A stretch of DNA of 64,000 nt from Bispira polyomma (GCA_965649765.1 OZ287752.1:61442001-61506000); one strand, 5' to 3'; positions 10,601 through 25,600 are shown, counted from the stretch's first letter. Numbers and translations are program-made. The notes: generated from the letters alone by a model not told the origin.

Positions 10601-13600
10601 GGGGAAGGGGGGAATTTATGTTGTCATTTTAGAAACTCTAAGGCAACATTTTAATTACTCGAAAGTTTACACACTAATGCATTAAACTTAGGGCCTAAAA
10701 TATTTGCATGGCACTGTATAACTGGAAGTGGCCACTGTGAACTAATTTGAGCTATTTTTGGCTTTTTGATGGTCACACATTAAGTGAATTTAATTCCCAG
10801 TAAATATTTTACAAATTTGTGATAATATTTGAACTTCTTCCTTCTCAAAATGCAAAATATTGATAAATTTAATGCTAGATAGAGTATTTCTATTTCTAAA
10901 TGATTGTAGATAATCTTGTTGCCTACCTTGATAGCCTTAAAAGTACCACTTCTCGCCATCAACGTGTCTATCACTACTTTATCTCCAGAATCCATCAAAT
11001 TGGCTGAACAGCAGGATCTGGTAAAATCTGCAAATAATTTTTTAAAATGTATAGTTTTTCATTCATTTTATACTCATTTCTTATGGGTACATTGTTGTGC
11101 TTTCTTTAGTTAAATTTATTTATTTTATTTATTCATTCATAAATGACTCTACAAATTGAAAGAGTCTTTGGAATGCTGCCTAGTAGGTTTAGACAGGGTA
11201 TAGATAAATTTATGAACAAGATTTATAGCCAAGAAGCCTATCATTTGTGTAGGTAATGATTAATGACCTACATGTTATTTATACATAAGGGATACCGTGT
11301 ATTTTCAATTCATGAATGCTGAACTGAAAGAGCTACTGTATAATTTTTGTGTTCGGTTTAACTGGTTGTGAATTATTATTTTGTCATTTAATGTTCTATA
11401 CTGTTTAAATTAATTTCATTTATTTTGCTGTCTTACTACTATGTTCATGTCATTTTCTGTAATATACCTTGGTCTTTAACTAAATAAATAAATTGTGAAA
11501 TTTGAACAATGCTTGAGGGCATAATGAACTTGTGATCTAAGCTAACACTCTTGTAATATCCATGTATATCAGCACATTAAACACTCTGACCTTCAGGGTT
11601 TTCCCTTTAGCTCAACTGTTAGTGTACTGGATTATAAATCTCAAGATCCGTGACAACCCAGGATCAAATCTCAGCAGAAGTGAACCTCTTTGTAAGTTCA
11701 AGGCAGAGCAAAGTTATTTCATTTGTTTACATGGTGGAGTTCAGTGGCAAAAGTGTACTGAACTATAAATCTCAAGATCCGTGACAACCCAGGATCAAAT
11801 CTCAGCAGTAGCAAGCCTCTTTATAAGTTTACAGCAGAGTCAAGTTATTTCATTTGTTTACATGGTGAAGATCAGTGGCAAACTCCACTCCCCCATCTCA
11901 TAAGCCAAGTGAGTTAGTAGAGTTAATGTTGTAGTAGTATATAAGATCTGAGGTGAGGTCTTTGTGAGGGAGAGGCATTTAATACTGTGTATATCAGCGC
12001 ATATAACATGCTGGCTTACGGGAGTTTCCCCTTTGGCTCAACTGTTAGTGTACTGGACTATTAATCTCATGATCCTTGAGACCCAGGATCGAATCCCAAC
12101 AAATGTGAGCCGCTTTACAAGTTTATAGCAGAGCCAAGTTATTTCAGTTGTTTACACACTATTACAGTGAATAGGGAATTACTGGAGTGGTTTTCTAATT
12201 CTAAGTTTGGCCAATGTTTGTTGTTGTTGGGTAAATGTAATGGTTTCAGTCTGAAAACTAATATTGAGGACACTATATATGTATAACATAAATGGCCCTA
12301 GAAGTAGGGGCATTATTTTGTATGATACCTAATACTTTAAGAATGAGAACTCTAAATTGGAGCAGTGTTTGCTCCAGCTTCACTAACTACCCGTCCCAAT
12401 ATAACTTAAACAGGTACTAGAGTGGACGTTAAATATCCCAATTCAAATTCAAACTCTAAATTAGAATAGTACAGGACATGTGACCACTTCGTAGCCAATG
12501 TCATCTTAGGATATGCTTGCTGAGACTCTCCCTGCTGTAATCACTGGATCAAGTCCCCACCTTTTTGGCACTTTGGTATCTTGTTTGTAACTAAGATTGC
12601 ACAACAACTATTGAAATTTTTTGGACAGGTGAGGCCATTCATTCCGGAAGGGATCAAAGGAAGGTGGGAGGGGGAGGGGGGGGGGGGTTAGTAATTTTTA
12701 TTTTTTAATTATTGGCACTCTGTCACTTTGGCGGAGGTATTCACTCTACTGAGTGGCCTTGTAGTTCCTTGTCTAGAATATACATGTTATACAGTTATGA
12801 AATGTCAAACGTAATTCATGTCTTTATCTTAATATATTCTCTAGTGCTCTACTAAATTACAGCTTGTAAAAAATCTAAATTTAAGTATCTGACCAATCTA
12901 GAATGACATATCATCTTTGCCTGAACTCCTTAACTGCCTATAAATCCTTTTTGAATATAAACACTGATATCTCAAGCAAAACTGATTTATGCTCGACAAC
13001 ATAGTATCTAGGTCGGTTATTAATGATAAAATATGTGACAACTTTAAAAGTACTTCTTTTTATCAACATGTACAAAGGTCAACTCTGTAAATGTCTGAAC
13101 AGAATGTCTAAAATAGTGTCTTTTCTAATGAATTATATGCATAAGGAATTTTTTTTTTTGAATTGGGATATTTAACGTCCACTCTAGTACCTGTTTAGGT
13201 TATATTGGGATGGCTAGTTGGAAACGCTGGAGGAAACACTGCATACAGTTGATCAAGGTTCTGCACTGAAACCAGTGGCAAACAGGAAGGAACTACCACC
13301 TTTCCCACATAGGCATCAACGGGAGTTGAACTCTCGCCACCCAGAGGTGAGAGACCAGTGATTGTGAAGCGCAATGCTTGCTAGCCACTAGGCCACCGCG
13401 GCCCCTATATGCATAAGGAATAAAAAACCTAAATTATATATAAATATGTATATGTCACCAAAACGAAATTTGAAGTGCAATGAGCATAAAGCACTTCTCT
13501 TATTTCATATATAATTCGCATGAAATAATCTAGGTAAAAAAGATTTTTTTATTTATTGAAGGAAAGGAATTCAACAACAGCTTCGTCAGAACCAAATTCT

Positions 13601-16600
13601 CCTTTTAAAATCAATTCATTATGTAACGACTGGCCCTGAAATTGGGAGTTGTTCACCTTGGCAAATATATAAATGTCTTTCACAAATGTGAAAGGCTTTA
13701 CTTCATATGTTACACAACACCATTGACACAAAGATGAAACAGCCTTGGAACAGAAAGTGGAACTATATAGTTGAAACTATGTGGTGTTAATTAGAGACAT
13801 AAATCTGTCAAAAACACTTAAGTTACTTGATAGAAACTCCATAGGAATATATTATAGCGGTTTTTTTTGTGTGGGTTTAAACACTTACAATTCTCCACTC
13901 ATTTATTTTAATTTAATTAAGAACTGTTTTTTTTTTTTCTTCAAGTGAATGTTTTAAATATATTTTAGCAATAATTTGTTCCATCTTACCATAATATAAT
14001 ATGTCAAAAATTATTTTTAAAGTGTAATTTTTTTTATCGCCTCAAGCTAAAGTTCAATCTTTTTCCTGTCTAATGCCGTTGTCACACTCGGCTTATGTAA
14101 TGTGAAACATTAGCATTTGCATAGTGAACATAGTGTGATTAAGTAAACGTAAGCGTGCATGAGAAAGATGGTCCCTTAATGTCAAAATTTCTTGCTGCAC
14201 AAAATTTTGGTTCGTTTGGGCCGTTTTCCCGAAACGGTTGGTGCGTTCTTGGGTAACGTATGACACATATTCAATGCGTATATGACTTAAAGGATGTCAG
14301 TAAGACGTACTATACATCCAAATAATATTTAAAATGAGGATAATGAGATCAAAACATGTTTAAAAACGTGGCTAACATATTTTAAAACGTGGCTAATGGT
14401 ACAAGCGTAATTGAAACAGCTATTAAAACGTGTTGAATGCACGTAAAAACGTGTACAGAAAGTGTACAAAATGGCCCATATATTGTTTTTTTTTGTGAAC
14501 CTAAACACGAACGTGTTCAGTGTGACCACAGCATAAGGGGACAAAAATAATATATTCGTTTTTGTTTTTAAGCCTACTCTTCCTTTCAGCACATTCTGAC
14601 ATCAGCCGATTTGAAGGTGTCCGATCTGTTCCGACGGCCGATGTTGTGCTCCCTTTCATCTGATGTACACTCAAAATTCGTCGGATGTTGACTTAAAAAA
14701 AAAGACTTTAGAAAGCTGATTTTATTGTGAATACGGGCTTTTTTTCCCACCAAAATTCGTTGAGAAACAGTTAATATGTATACAGTTAAGTTGGGGTATT
14801 TTTTTCTGGTTTGTAAAATATGACGTAGCCACAAACATGACGTCATTATAATGTTATATGACGTATTATTTTCAATATAAGAAGGAAGTTAAATGGGGTA
14901 CCCATCTATAAACTTAAATATTTAATATTTCTTAACGGATTTTCGTGGGGAAAAAAGCACAGTAGTCACAATAAAATAACCTTTCTTATGCCATTTTCAA
15001 CGTCAACATACGACGAATATTAGGTAAATATGGAATGAAAACTATACCTATGATAGCATTTTTGCAGCCATTTTTGTTTCAAAATCGTTCAGTCCTCCCG
15101 AGTTTTCCCCTCCCTGACAGATAAAATCTGTTGGCCAAACAGACGTCAGCCGACGTCTGATCTGTTGCAAATATGCTGAAAGGAATCACTTGGATCACAC
15201 AATCAAATCAAAAAAAAAATAGATGATGTCGGCCGAAAAAAACATTCTGAAAGGAAGCGTAGGCTAATAAGCAGATTAGGTTTAAAATACTATAAGGTGT
15301 TTCTCAGTGTTATGGTTATTTTTATCAGGCACCGCCTGATGTTGACATCATTCCACCATGTTGGAAATATTTAACACCCTCATGGATTGGCTGGAAGCAA
15401 TCGACCTGGTGAAACTAAGTAGGGTCAGATTTATATTATTAGGCGATTATTAGGCACAGTCTGCATTATGTTATATAATAATATGCAAGGTCTTCATGGA
15501 TTGGTTGGAAGCAATCGTCCTGGCCAAACTGAGGAGTGTCAGTCACATTGTGCGGTGATGTCTTTTTAAAAAGACAATACTTGTTTTCTTTTTCTTTCAG
15601 TTGCATTTTTTTCCTATTTTTTTTGATATAAATTTACAACTAGTTAGGATAGTATTTATCTGCAGAGATTTTTCGTTTCACCTGGTCATACATATTAAAG
15701 TTTCTTGTCAACAGTTGCTAACCGAAGAGATATTCACACAAAAAGAGAAAAAAGAGACAGAACCCTCTTCTACAGGTGGGTATAATTCACTGCAGAATTT
15801 AATTACCCGAAGAAAATATTCAGAAATACCCATCTTTATCTATTTAATTAGAAGAAAATGCTTAAATAATGCACCAGTTATATGTTAACTGGTGTAAAGA
15901 TTGATTTTACTTTCCTTGCTTTCTTATATTATATATAATTCATACATGTAGTTTTCCATTGATAATATTTATAACCACAACCTTTTTAGTTTCACCGAAT
16001 CACCAGAACAAAACATTTAGAAAACATTTGATAAAAAGAAAGAGGTGGATACTGATTTTTATCTATTTATCTATCTAATAAGCAGATAATACTAAAAAGC
16101 ATACATGGTGTAATTATCTATACTGAGGTTGAAGTGTGTTTTTAACAGTGACTAGATGACAAGATATTCACAGAACATCTTCAGGATAAAATTTAGGGTC
16201 ACATGAGTGGTATGCAGGGGTTAGACAAGTGGACAGACAGTGAAGCAGGGTGACAGGATCCAAAAAACAGACCCTGGTGGTGGGGGTGGGGCAGGGGGGG
16301 GGGGGGGGGGGGTAGAGGTTGTGGCAATCATCAAATTAGTAGTGTGGAAACATGAATTATTTTAACGAAAAAAGTTCAAGTCTCAATAGTATGTAGTCAA
16401 TGAACTTTAAAGAAAACAAAAAAACTTGGTCGGTGTACTGTTTATGTAAATAACATGCATATATTATTGAACAGCTCTGTGGGAGTGTGGTTATATAGTT
16501 ATTTAGGTTAATATTATTACCATCAGCAAAAGGAGGTTATGTTTTCGTCCATGTTCGTTTGTCACCAGGATTACCCCCAAAATCCTGAAATTTGTTAGAG

Positions 16601-19600
16601 AAGGGGCATGGGGTCAAGAAAAAATACATAGCATTTGGGACTGGATCCAGGTAATATGGCTGTTCTATAGGACACCTGGCCAGAGATATGTGCTCTATGG
16701 AGTACTTTAGAACTATGAGTGCTGAACATCTGTAGATGCTACCTGCATATAATCTGCCCATTTGGAATAAGAATATGCATGTGTAAAAATACAGGCTTAC
16801 AGATAGAGAATACAATTCTTGTCAGTGGTTAATGTAAGCCAGGGAGTATATACATCAGTGTTGTCTGAAATCAAATAAAGGGCTTGACACACTAGGTCTG
16901 GTACACTGTGATCCAAATGTTTATGATCCAACAAAAATTTTACAAACAGCGAAAAAGCATATTTATTGCCTATAGATACCCCATTATATCTGAGCCAGTT
17001 GCATACAAAGAATTCACTAAGCATATTTTTAAAATTGAAATGGAAACTTAAAGTGGTGATTAAACAGTCAAGATCGATCGGCAAAATGGGTCTGATTTTA
17101 AAGTCGGTAAGATCGGGGCGAAAAAATCAATAAAGTACATTTTTGGGCGTAAAAATTTTAATGTAGGGCAGCAAATAATTTTAATGTAGGTAATAGCAAA
17201 TAATTTTATTATTCGTATACATCAACTGTACTGGAAGTGGGTTTGATGTCGCAAAGGTAAACAACTTTTAAACTGGTGTCCGTTATCAGGAAGCATTTGA
17301 CAGTAATAATAATAATTTATGTCGGCAGTCTGTTACATGGAAAAACAGACTTTGCAGACTAGTCTGTACTACATATTAAAAATATACGAAATATACGAAA
17401 GGAAAACTAAACAAAACAGAAACAATAAAGTGCTGTTTAGACTTAGCAGACTAGTGTGTAGATTGTCTTAAGAATAATATATCTATCTTTCAATATGCAA
17501 AAGGAATGAACTGAAACAGAGGAACTAAAGTGTCATTCACACTATGGCGTTATACCTACATGGTCAGCACCAGTAACCATATCTATAAAGTCTCATATCT
17601 TCTGCTATGTTGTCAGGCTGCATTAAGGCGACAGTGAGAGGTGACCATTTTGAACACATATAATAACACCCATTTCTGCCTATTTCCGTATCTACACTGC
17701 ATGTCTATCATTGTAGCAACAGCTTTTTTTTCTGTCTATTAATGTTTGCTACCACACACAATTTCTTAGAGAAATTATAAGATGGAAGTATACAGAAACA
17801 CCTGACGAAGAAGTGGTGATTACCCGATAAACTGGCTGGTTCAAAACCTTTCAAAGTTGCAGCACCTGAATGTTATGCTGCTGTGGATATATATCTCTTA
17901 AGCCAACGCTTCCTTTCAGCACATTCCGACATCGGCCGATTTGAAGGTGCCCGATCCGATCCGACGTCGGCCGATGTGGCGCTTCCTTTCATTAGAAATC
18001 TACTCAAAATTCGTCGGATGTAAAGGATGAAAATGGCAGGAAAAAGCCTATTTTATTGTTGTTAATGTGTTTTTTTTTTCCACAAAAATTCGTTTAGAAA
18101 CAACTGAGATATTTACAGTTAAAAAAGGGTATTCATTATTACTAACTGGTATGTAAGGTGTGACGTGACTACAAACCTGACGTCATTATGACGTCACTGT
18201 GACGTATAATTCACTGTAGAAGGGGGACGTTAAATGGGGTACCCTTCTATGAACTTAAATATCTGAACCGTTTCTTAACGGATTTTGGTGAGGAAAAAAG
18301 CACAGTAATCACAATAAAATAAGCTTTCTCATGCAATTAACATCCGATGAATATTGAGTATATTTAGCATGAAAACTATACCTATGACAGTGTATTTGTC
18401 CAGTTTTGCTTCAAAATCGGACATTCCTCCCGATTTTTTCGCTCCCTGACATAAACTGAAATACATAAAAACTGGCTGACGGATCTGATCTGATGCAAAT
18501 CTGCTGAAAGGAAGCACTTGGTAGTATTGTGTAACAAGGAGAAAAATCGGCCGACCTCAGCCGAGAAAAACATGCTGAAAGGAAGCGTAGGCTAACAATA
18601 CAAAATACCTGAGGCAAGTTTTTCTAGGCTTTATAACAAGCGAAAAGACAAGGTACATTACCTTCTCCAACTTTCTGGTGCCGCCTACCATAGTGTCAAA
18701 ATGTGCATTATGGACAAAAAACATGAATGTAACAGAGGAACAAAGCAATAAAAAAACAGGACATTTTAAGGCTTTAAACACTGGGGTGATATCAAACTCC
18801 CCCAAAAAGGCGTCAAATGTTTGGTGATTCTTTTGAAATGCCACATCCTCTGTAATTTTCAAAATGTCTCAAATATATCAGCTTTCTCTGATCTATATAG
18901 AAATGTTTGGATCCTGTCCAAGTATATAGATAAGGAACTTGTCCCAAGTTTTTGTGTGAGTGTGTATACAAAGTAATCATTGTGGGGCTTTTAATGTGTA
19001 TGTCGTAATGATAATAATATTGTGAATGGGCTTTTGACATTTTTGTAAACACTATCCTTTTTTTATTGTAGTTCTAAACAATGTATAGTCAAAAGAAAAT
19101 TACCCCTTTGGAAAAAAAAATCTCATACATGAAAATAAAATTTGAATTGGGGTTTGACCGAGTTCAATACATTAAAAATATTATTATCAGTTGACTTCGA
19201 TAATGTTGTTGATCTCAACTATAAATTAGTATTAATAAAAGTAGAAAAACTTTTAAACAGTTGAATGAGCCGGTATTTAACACCAATAGGGAAAATCAGA
19301 GGATTGAAAATGTTAGATCTCAACTGCTTTATTAAAGGACGTAAAGTATCTTGGCTTCGTCGACTGCATTTAAACCAGGAGCTCCTTGGAACCACCAAGT
19401 TCCATTTAATCCACATTCAGTTAATAAAGTATTATATTTGGGTTTCAGTGGTCTTTATCAGTTGCTCAAAGAACAGAAAACAAATTTTGGAAGGATGTCC
19501 TTGCATCTTGGAGTGATGTAATAAAAAAGCTCCCATAAATTGATAAAACTCCTGAAAGACATTATGGACCACTATGGTACAATTAAAGTATCTCAAAAAC

Positions 19601-22600
19601 TAACTTTTTTGTTCCACAACTATACCAAAAGGGAATCGTTTCATTTGTTGATCTTATCACAAATAAAGGAATCTTAATTACCTGGCACTATATAAAGCAG
19701 CATTTGAATACATCTGTGGACTTCCTAACCCACCACAGGATACATTTTTCTGTTAAAGAATATTTGAAAAGTATTGATTTGTCAAAATATCTTAATCAAA
19801 GACCATACCTCCACAATCATATCCATTTATTAATTAAATCAAAAAGAGGTTGAATGTTGATGAAAGAACTGATAGTGTAAAATATCTTAACAAGTGGGAG
19901 AGAGAGAGCTGATGATAACAATAGATCAAAAATTCTTAGAAAAACATACATAAAATAATCTTTACTTCTATTCAGGATAATGCTTTGATTTGGTTCAAAT
20001 ATAAAATTTTATACAGATTATTAGGTACAAAGTATTTTCAGCACAAAATTAATCAATCTGGAAGTTCTCAATGTTCTCTCTGTGACCAGCATGAAGAAAC
20101 TATCCTATTTATTTGCTGCTGTGAAAAAAGCATTAACTTTTGGACTAACATCAAAATATGGCTTAAACGATCAATAGATAAAAATATTTTCCCTGACATC
20201 ATTATATTTGGTGATTGGAAATCGTTTGTACCAAATGCTCCTTTAAATTGCATCTACATCACAGCAAAACAGTATATTTTTCATTGTTCTAGAAAAAATA
20301 TGCAATTAAATATCTTTGAATATCAAGCTCAATTTTGGTCAAAATTTCTTGAGCAGAGTCACCTATTCAAAATTGGAATGTGTAGTAAAGAATTTAAGAA
20401 AACATGGTCAGTGTTTGCTAATCTTTTTTACGACATTGAATATGTAATGTAATATTTTTGAACAAGAAAGTTTTGTAACCTGATATTGCTAGTTCATTAA
20501 TAATAAGCCTGAAAGGTACTTATAGGATTAATATATACTTGAGCCTTTATAATGTGTTCAAATGGAATTTATGTGATAATTATTGTTAATCTGCAAAATA
20601 ATGTGTACCAGCCTAATTTTTTGTGTAGTATATAGTAAGACTCATACTGTATATGAGATATTTTGTAAGACCTCAATGGGGGGTTGGCTACGTTCGCCTC
20701 AATAGTGTACTCTTGTGTGTCTTTTGTTGATGTGTTTTTTTTTGTTTTGTTTTTTCGCATTGTTTACTTTTGTTGTCTCTGAGTAATTGTGTAACGTTTT
20801 TTTGTTTGTGTATTGTATTGTAAAAAAAAAAGAAAAAAAAAAAAGAATAAAAATGAAATATTTTTATTACTTTGAATGTCCCACATAAAATAATTTATAT
20901 ATAAAATAATAGGGAAACTACTGAAGTACGGAGGACCAGTACAGTTCTACCTCTCAATATTTGTAAATATTATTTGCCCTGTGGCTAGTTATAATGTCAT
21001 TAGGCCAGTGATAATCTCAATATTAATGTTAATATTTTTACTTTTATTGCACCACAATCGATGGTCAGGTATCCTCTGTGGTGCACATCAAAATCACTAA
21101 GCAAAAGAATAGTCCGATAGGGGAAACGATTCGTGACCAGTTGATTTCAGTCGTGACCAGGAGACAAACTTAAGTCAAGGTGGAAAAGCAAGCTGATAGA
21201 AATGTGTTTTGAGGTTTTCCCTCAAGCTTGTATTCCTTGTCTCATTGTGAAGTAGGGAGACTATTCCACTCAGCAGGTGTTGCAACTTTACATGATTTTC
21301 AACCAGCCAGTTTTTTAGGTAAGAAACCAGAGGTGGTAAGACGACTCCCTATGGTTACATTGCTGAGAGACAACAAAGATGATAAGTAAACTGGACTGTC
21401 CTAAACTTTAAAGAAATTTCATCTTTTTCTAGCCATTCAACAAAAAAGAGCCGCTATGTACCAAATGCCCCTTTAAATATGATCCACATCACAGCAAAAC
21501 AGTATATTTTCCACTGTTCTAGAAAGAATGTGCAATTAAATATTTTTAAATATCAAGGTCAACTGAGGTCAAATTTTCTTGAGCAGAATCACCTATCTAA
21601 AATTTGAAATGCGTAGTGCCTGTTCCACAGTCGAGATAGATTTGCCCCGATTTTAATGATCCTGGTGGCACCCTGCTGCATCATCTGGACCACCTGGCGT
21701 AATGATCAAGGACAGGAAATACTTAAAATATTTAAAAATGCCCCCAATACTCCGGCGGTCACCTCGGATGATCTTTAGGGATCAGTGTCCCCCTTCCCCA
21801 ATCGTAAAAATCAGTCTGGGTGACCTCCCTGATCCTAAAGATAGTCTGGGTGACCTCCCCAATCCTACAGATCAGTCTGGGTGACACCCTGTTTGACTGA
21901 TCTCCTCTGTTTGTCTAGGTTTTTGGGTATAAAAGGTCATTTTTTCCTATGTTCCTATTTTTCCCAAAGAGCAATCTTTACAATCAGGGTGTCACAGTTG
22001 ATTTAACAATTGGGGAAGCTACCCCAGTTGATCTTAACAATCAGGGAAGCCATCCTGGTCGATTCTTACAACAATGAGGATTCAATTTTGGTGTTTTAAG
22101 GGGATGGAAGGGGATATACATCCAAAATCAACGGGGGTGACATTAGGGTTACTCTGGGATACTCCTGATTATTCTGGCCCAGAGGGGGGGTATAATTTCC
22201 AATCGGCCTATTTTTTGAACATGTTCAGAAACTTCATGATCGCATAATGTGATCCCCGGATCATCAGGATTACAACCCTGACTGTCCAGATCAATCCTGA
22301 AGCTACAGGATGGGGGTTGGCTACCCTCGCCTTCCCGAGGAGAAAAGGTACCAAATATGCACAAAAAGGGTATTTTTGTGTCTTTTGTTTATGTCTTTTT
22401 GTTATTGTTTACTGTGTTTGTATCTGTTGAGTAATTGCGTAACGGTTTTTGTTTGGGTATTGTAATGTACTTTTTGTAAATTTTTTTTTATTAAACATTA
22501 TACACTAAATTGCCCCTATTGATAAGAAGTAAAACAAAAGTTTGCCATATCTTGCCATTGTAAATGCCACAGGAGAGCTGTGTGAAACGAATCGGGAATG

Positions 22601-25600
22601 AAGAATACATATATAAGCTAATCATAATAATTATAATAATATTCTAACATGACAAGGCAGTGTCGGTGATTCTCATTGGTTCCATGGCATGTGTTATATT
22701 CGCATAACCAAGCAGGCAATTACATCTCTTAAACATTTCTGTTGCATAATAAACCAACTTTATTTTTTAAAATATATTTTAAATGTTTTTTCTTTGTTAG
22801 GGTTTTGTGTAAAATATGAGTTAATTATTATTAAAGTTTTTGGCTCATGTTAGAATAACTAATGAGAACTTCGCCTTCGTGGCACTAATATCGCTACTCG
22901 TTGTAAAATGCAGCACAACACAATGCTCGGAGTACGTATTTATACAATAAAACAATTTTTACAGGCCTCTATGCTTTAGAAATGGTTCTCTTTGATAAAT
23001 GTTACAGGCACAAATATACACATTAATAGTGACCAATTTTAAAAGGCATATCACATCCTTGCACTAGTAGTCAACATGGAAACAGATACACCAACATAAG
23101 TATTCTAATAAATATCAGCCGATGAATAAATTTGACAAAAATGTTTAAAATGCCTGTATAGATTGTTGTCAAAGGTGTCAGTTTGTATTATTTAGATCAA
23201 ATTGCCATGTTACTATTAAGGAGTCTTAGGATGTGGTAACTCATTGGATAGTATGTGCCATTTAAAATACATAGCATTGGTTCCAAGTTTTTATCTTGCT
23301 GGTTTCTGATGGTGTGTGCCCGTCATATTTAATATACTACCCATCCTGTCCGTAATTGTATTGTATTTTGGATTTTTGAATTTTTAACACGCCTTATTGA
23401 TACTAGGAATTTCCTAAAGCGCAACAACAGGGTCAGTTAACCAATAGAGAAGTTCTAAAAACATAGCCAAGTTTGTTAAGGAAGGATGTGGGGGTGTACT
23501 AGATTTTGTTTAGATTGCATATTGGCCAATGGTGACAATGCTCCCGGATAATTGAGTTTCCTTTAACTTCAACATTGGCCCGGTTACAAACAAAGCTCTT
23601 AAATACAGTATAACTTCTATTATACGAACTTCTATTATCCGGATATTCGATTTTATGAACTCAATTTCACTCTTTTTTCCTATTATTTTGTACTACAATG
23701 GCTTTTCTAGTTTATAAACATCCTGTTATCCAAATAAAATCCTCTTATTCTAACATGTTCGGATAATAGAGGGTGTATAGTGAACCAGTCTATCTTAAGG
23801 ACAACTCTTACACATCTACCAGAAGCAGCAGACACAGTTGTCCAAAGCTTAAGTTTTTTCAGGTTCTTAATTTTCCAAGAAGGCTCATAGAAGTACTGGG
23901 GCCGAGGTGGCCTAGTGGTTAGCAAGCATTGTGCTAAACAATCACTGGTATCTCCCCTTTGGAGATAAAATGAGTTTGCCTCTCGTCGATGTCTATGTGG
24001 GAAAGATGGTAGTTCCTTCCTGAGGGCTGCTGGTTTCAGTGCAGAACCTTGATCAACTGTATGCAGTGTTTCCTCCAACGTTTCCAACTACCCGTCCCAA
24101 TATAACCTAAACAGGTACTAGAGTGGATGTTAAATATTCCAATTCAAAAAAAGTAAATTTATAGACGGCTCAGAAGTACTTCACCAAGTATTTTAGCTAT
24201 CCTCAAAAGTCACCTATTCACATTAGTGTTCCCTACTTAACCCTTCTCTAATCCTCGGTCACATCTTCCTGAAGTACTGACCGTTTCATGACCCAATTTT
24301 TGATCTTTTGTCTAATGTATTTTTTTGTGTGTTTTAGCGCACCGATTTCATCATTTTGCAGAATATATTTTAGATGTAGATGTAGTAATCAAACTTTTGT
24401 TTCCCATGGTTTAGTGATTAGGGTGTTGGGCTGGTGATTAAAACGTCCCCTGTTTGACGCCTGGATAACAACGCAATAGTTACTGGGGGATAATGTCCTT
24501 GGGGCAATATGTCAACATGCCTTTTTTCCACCGATGATGACTAAATGCTATGTTGTAGTCCTAGCCTTTTTTTCGAGAACAAGCACCTGTGAGGACACAT
24601 TCATCATTTTGTCGCTATGTAAAGGCCAGTATTAAGTCCTGGTGGTTGGGATTTTAAAAAAATTTTGTCAACTGTGAATGAAGCCCACAAAATGAGGACA
24701 AATTACATTCAGTAGTCTTTTGAAGTCTCTTCTTTCATTCTGTTAGACAAACAGGTCATTCTTTCTCACGACATAATTGATGACTATTATACTTGTTAAA
24801 GCAGCCAAAAAAGTTGACTAAATAGCCACAGGTTTCAGGCATGGTGTTAATTACAGAACAAATGCAGTGTATGTCAAAACAGGAATTAATTATATAAGAG
24901 AGAAATATGAGTGAAATATAGACACTAATGGAGAATTAGTAACAATGAGGTATTGTGATATATTAGTGAGATCCCTTCTTCTAAAAGGTCTAAACACAAT
25001 AACCCTTCATATATTACTTTAGCTAGGACTTATAACCCTATCTGAATAAATGAAATTGATCGACATTATTTAAAAGAAATGCTTACTTTAAAGTTTGCCA
25101 ACCAAAATAAAATGTATAAAAATAATGGACAGGTTTGATGATCTGGTCATTTCAAAACATATTTTACATGAATTATTCATTTTAATTATTTAAAAGATTT
25201 ATAGAATACTTGTAGGCATAGTACTATCTATATTGTTTCTGCTTGCCATAGATGTTTAGTTAATGTATTTAATATTTAGAATAATTAAGACCTACAAAAA
25301 GAATTACAGTAGCCCAAATGACTTACAACCAGAGTATATGTTTAACTTGTATGTGTGATGTCTTACTGATGACACATCCTCTAAGGCACTTTTTTCGGAA
25401 AATGGGAAAACGCCCCCCCAAAAATACCATCAACCAATAATAACTTTATTGTGGAGGTCAGTAAAGTCGGAGAATGTATGTTTTTAAATAACTTCTAAAA
25501 CTAGTTAAGTTTTCTTTGTAATTGCACAACTCATGGGAATTTATGCCACTCAACTAGGGCAGTAATAGCCAAGGCGCGTGTGCCAATCTGCTTATTTTGA

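Noticed and set aside
11603-11680. tRNA gene (also the SINE heads at ~840-915, 23898, 34703, 37048)
   Set aside because: A/B-box-like motifs are present, but I found no intact cloverleaf, and they continue into repeat bodies.
16801-16864. Exon-like segment tttcag|..CT|gtaagc in the long intron
   Set aside because: It is 64 nt (phase 1-2) and would frameshift the model; I found no compensating exon.
19985-20452. Host zinc-finger gene (155-aa ORF)
   Set aside because: It is the C-terminal part of a degenerate L1/Tx1 ORF2, followed by a 3' UTR and poly-A.
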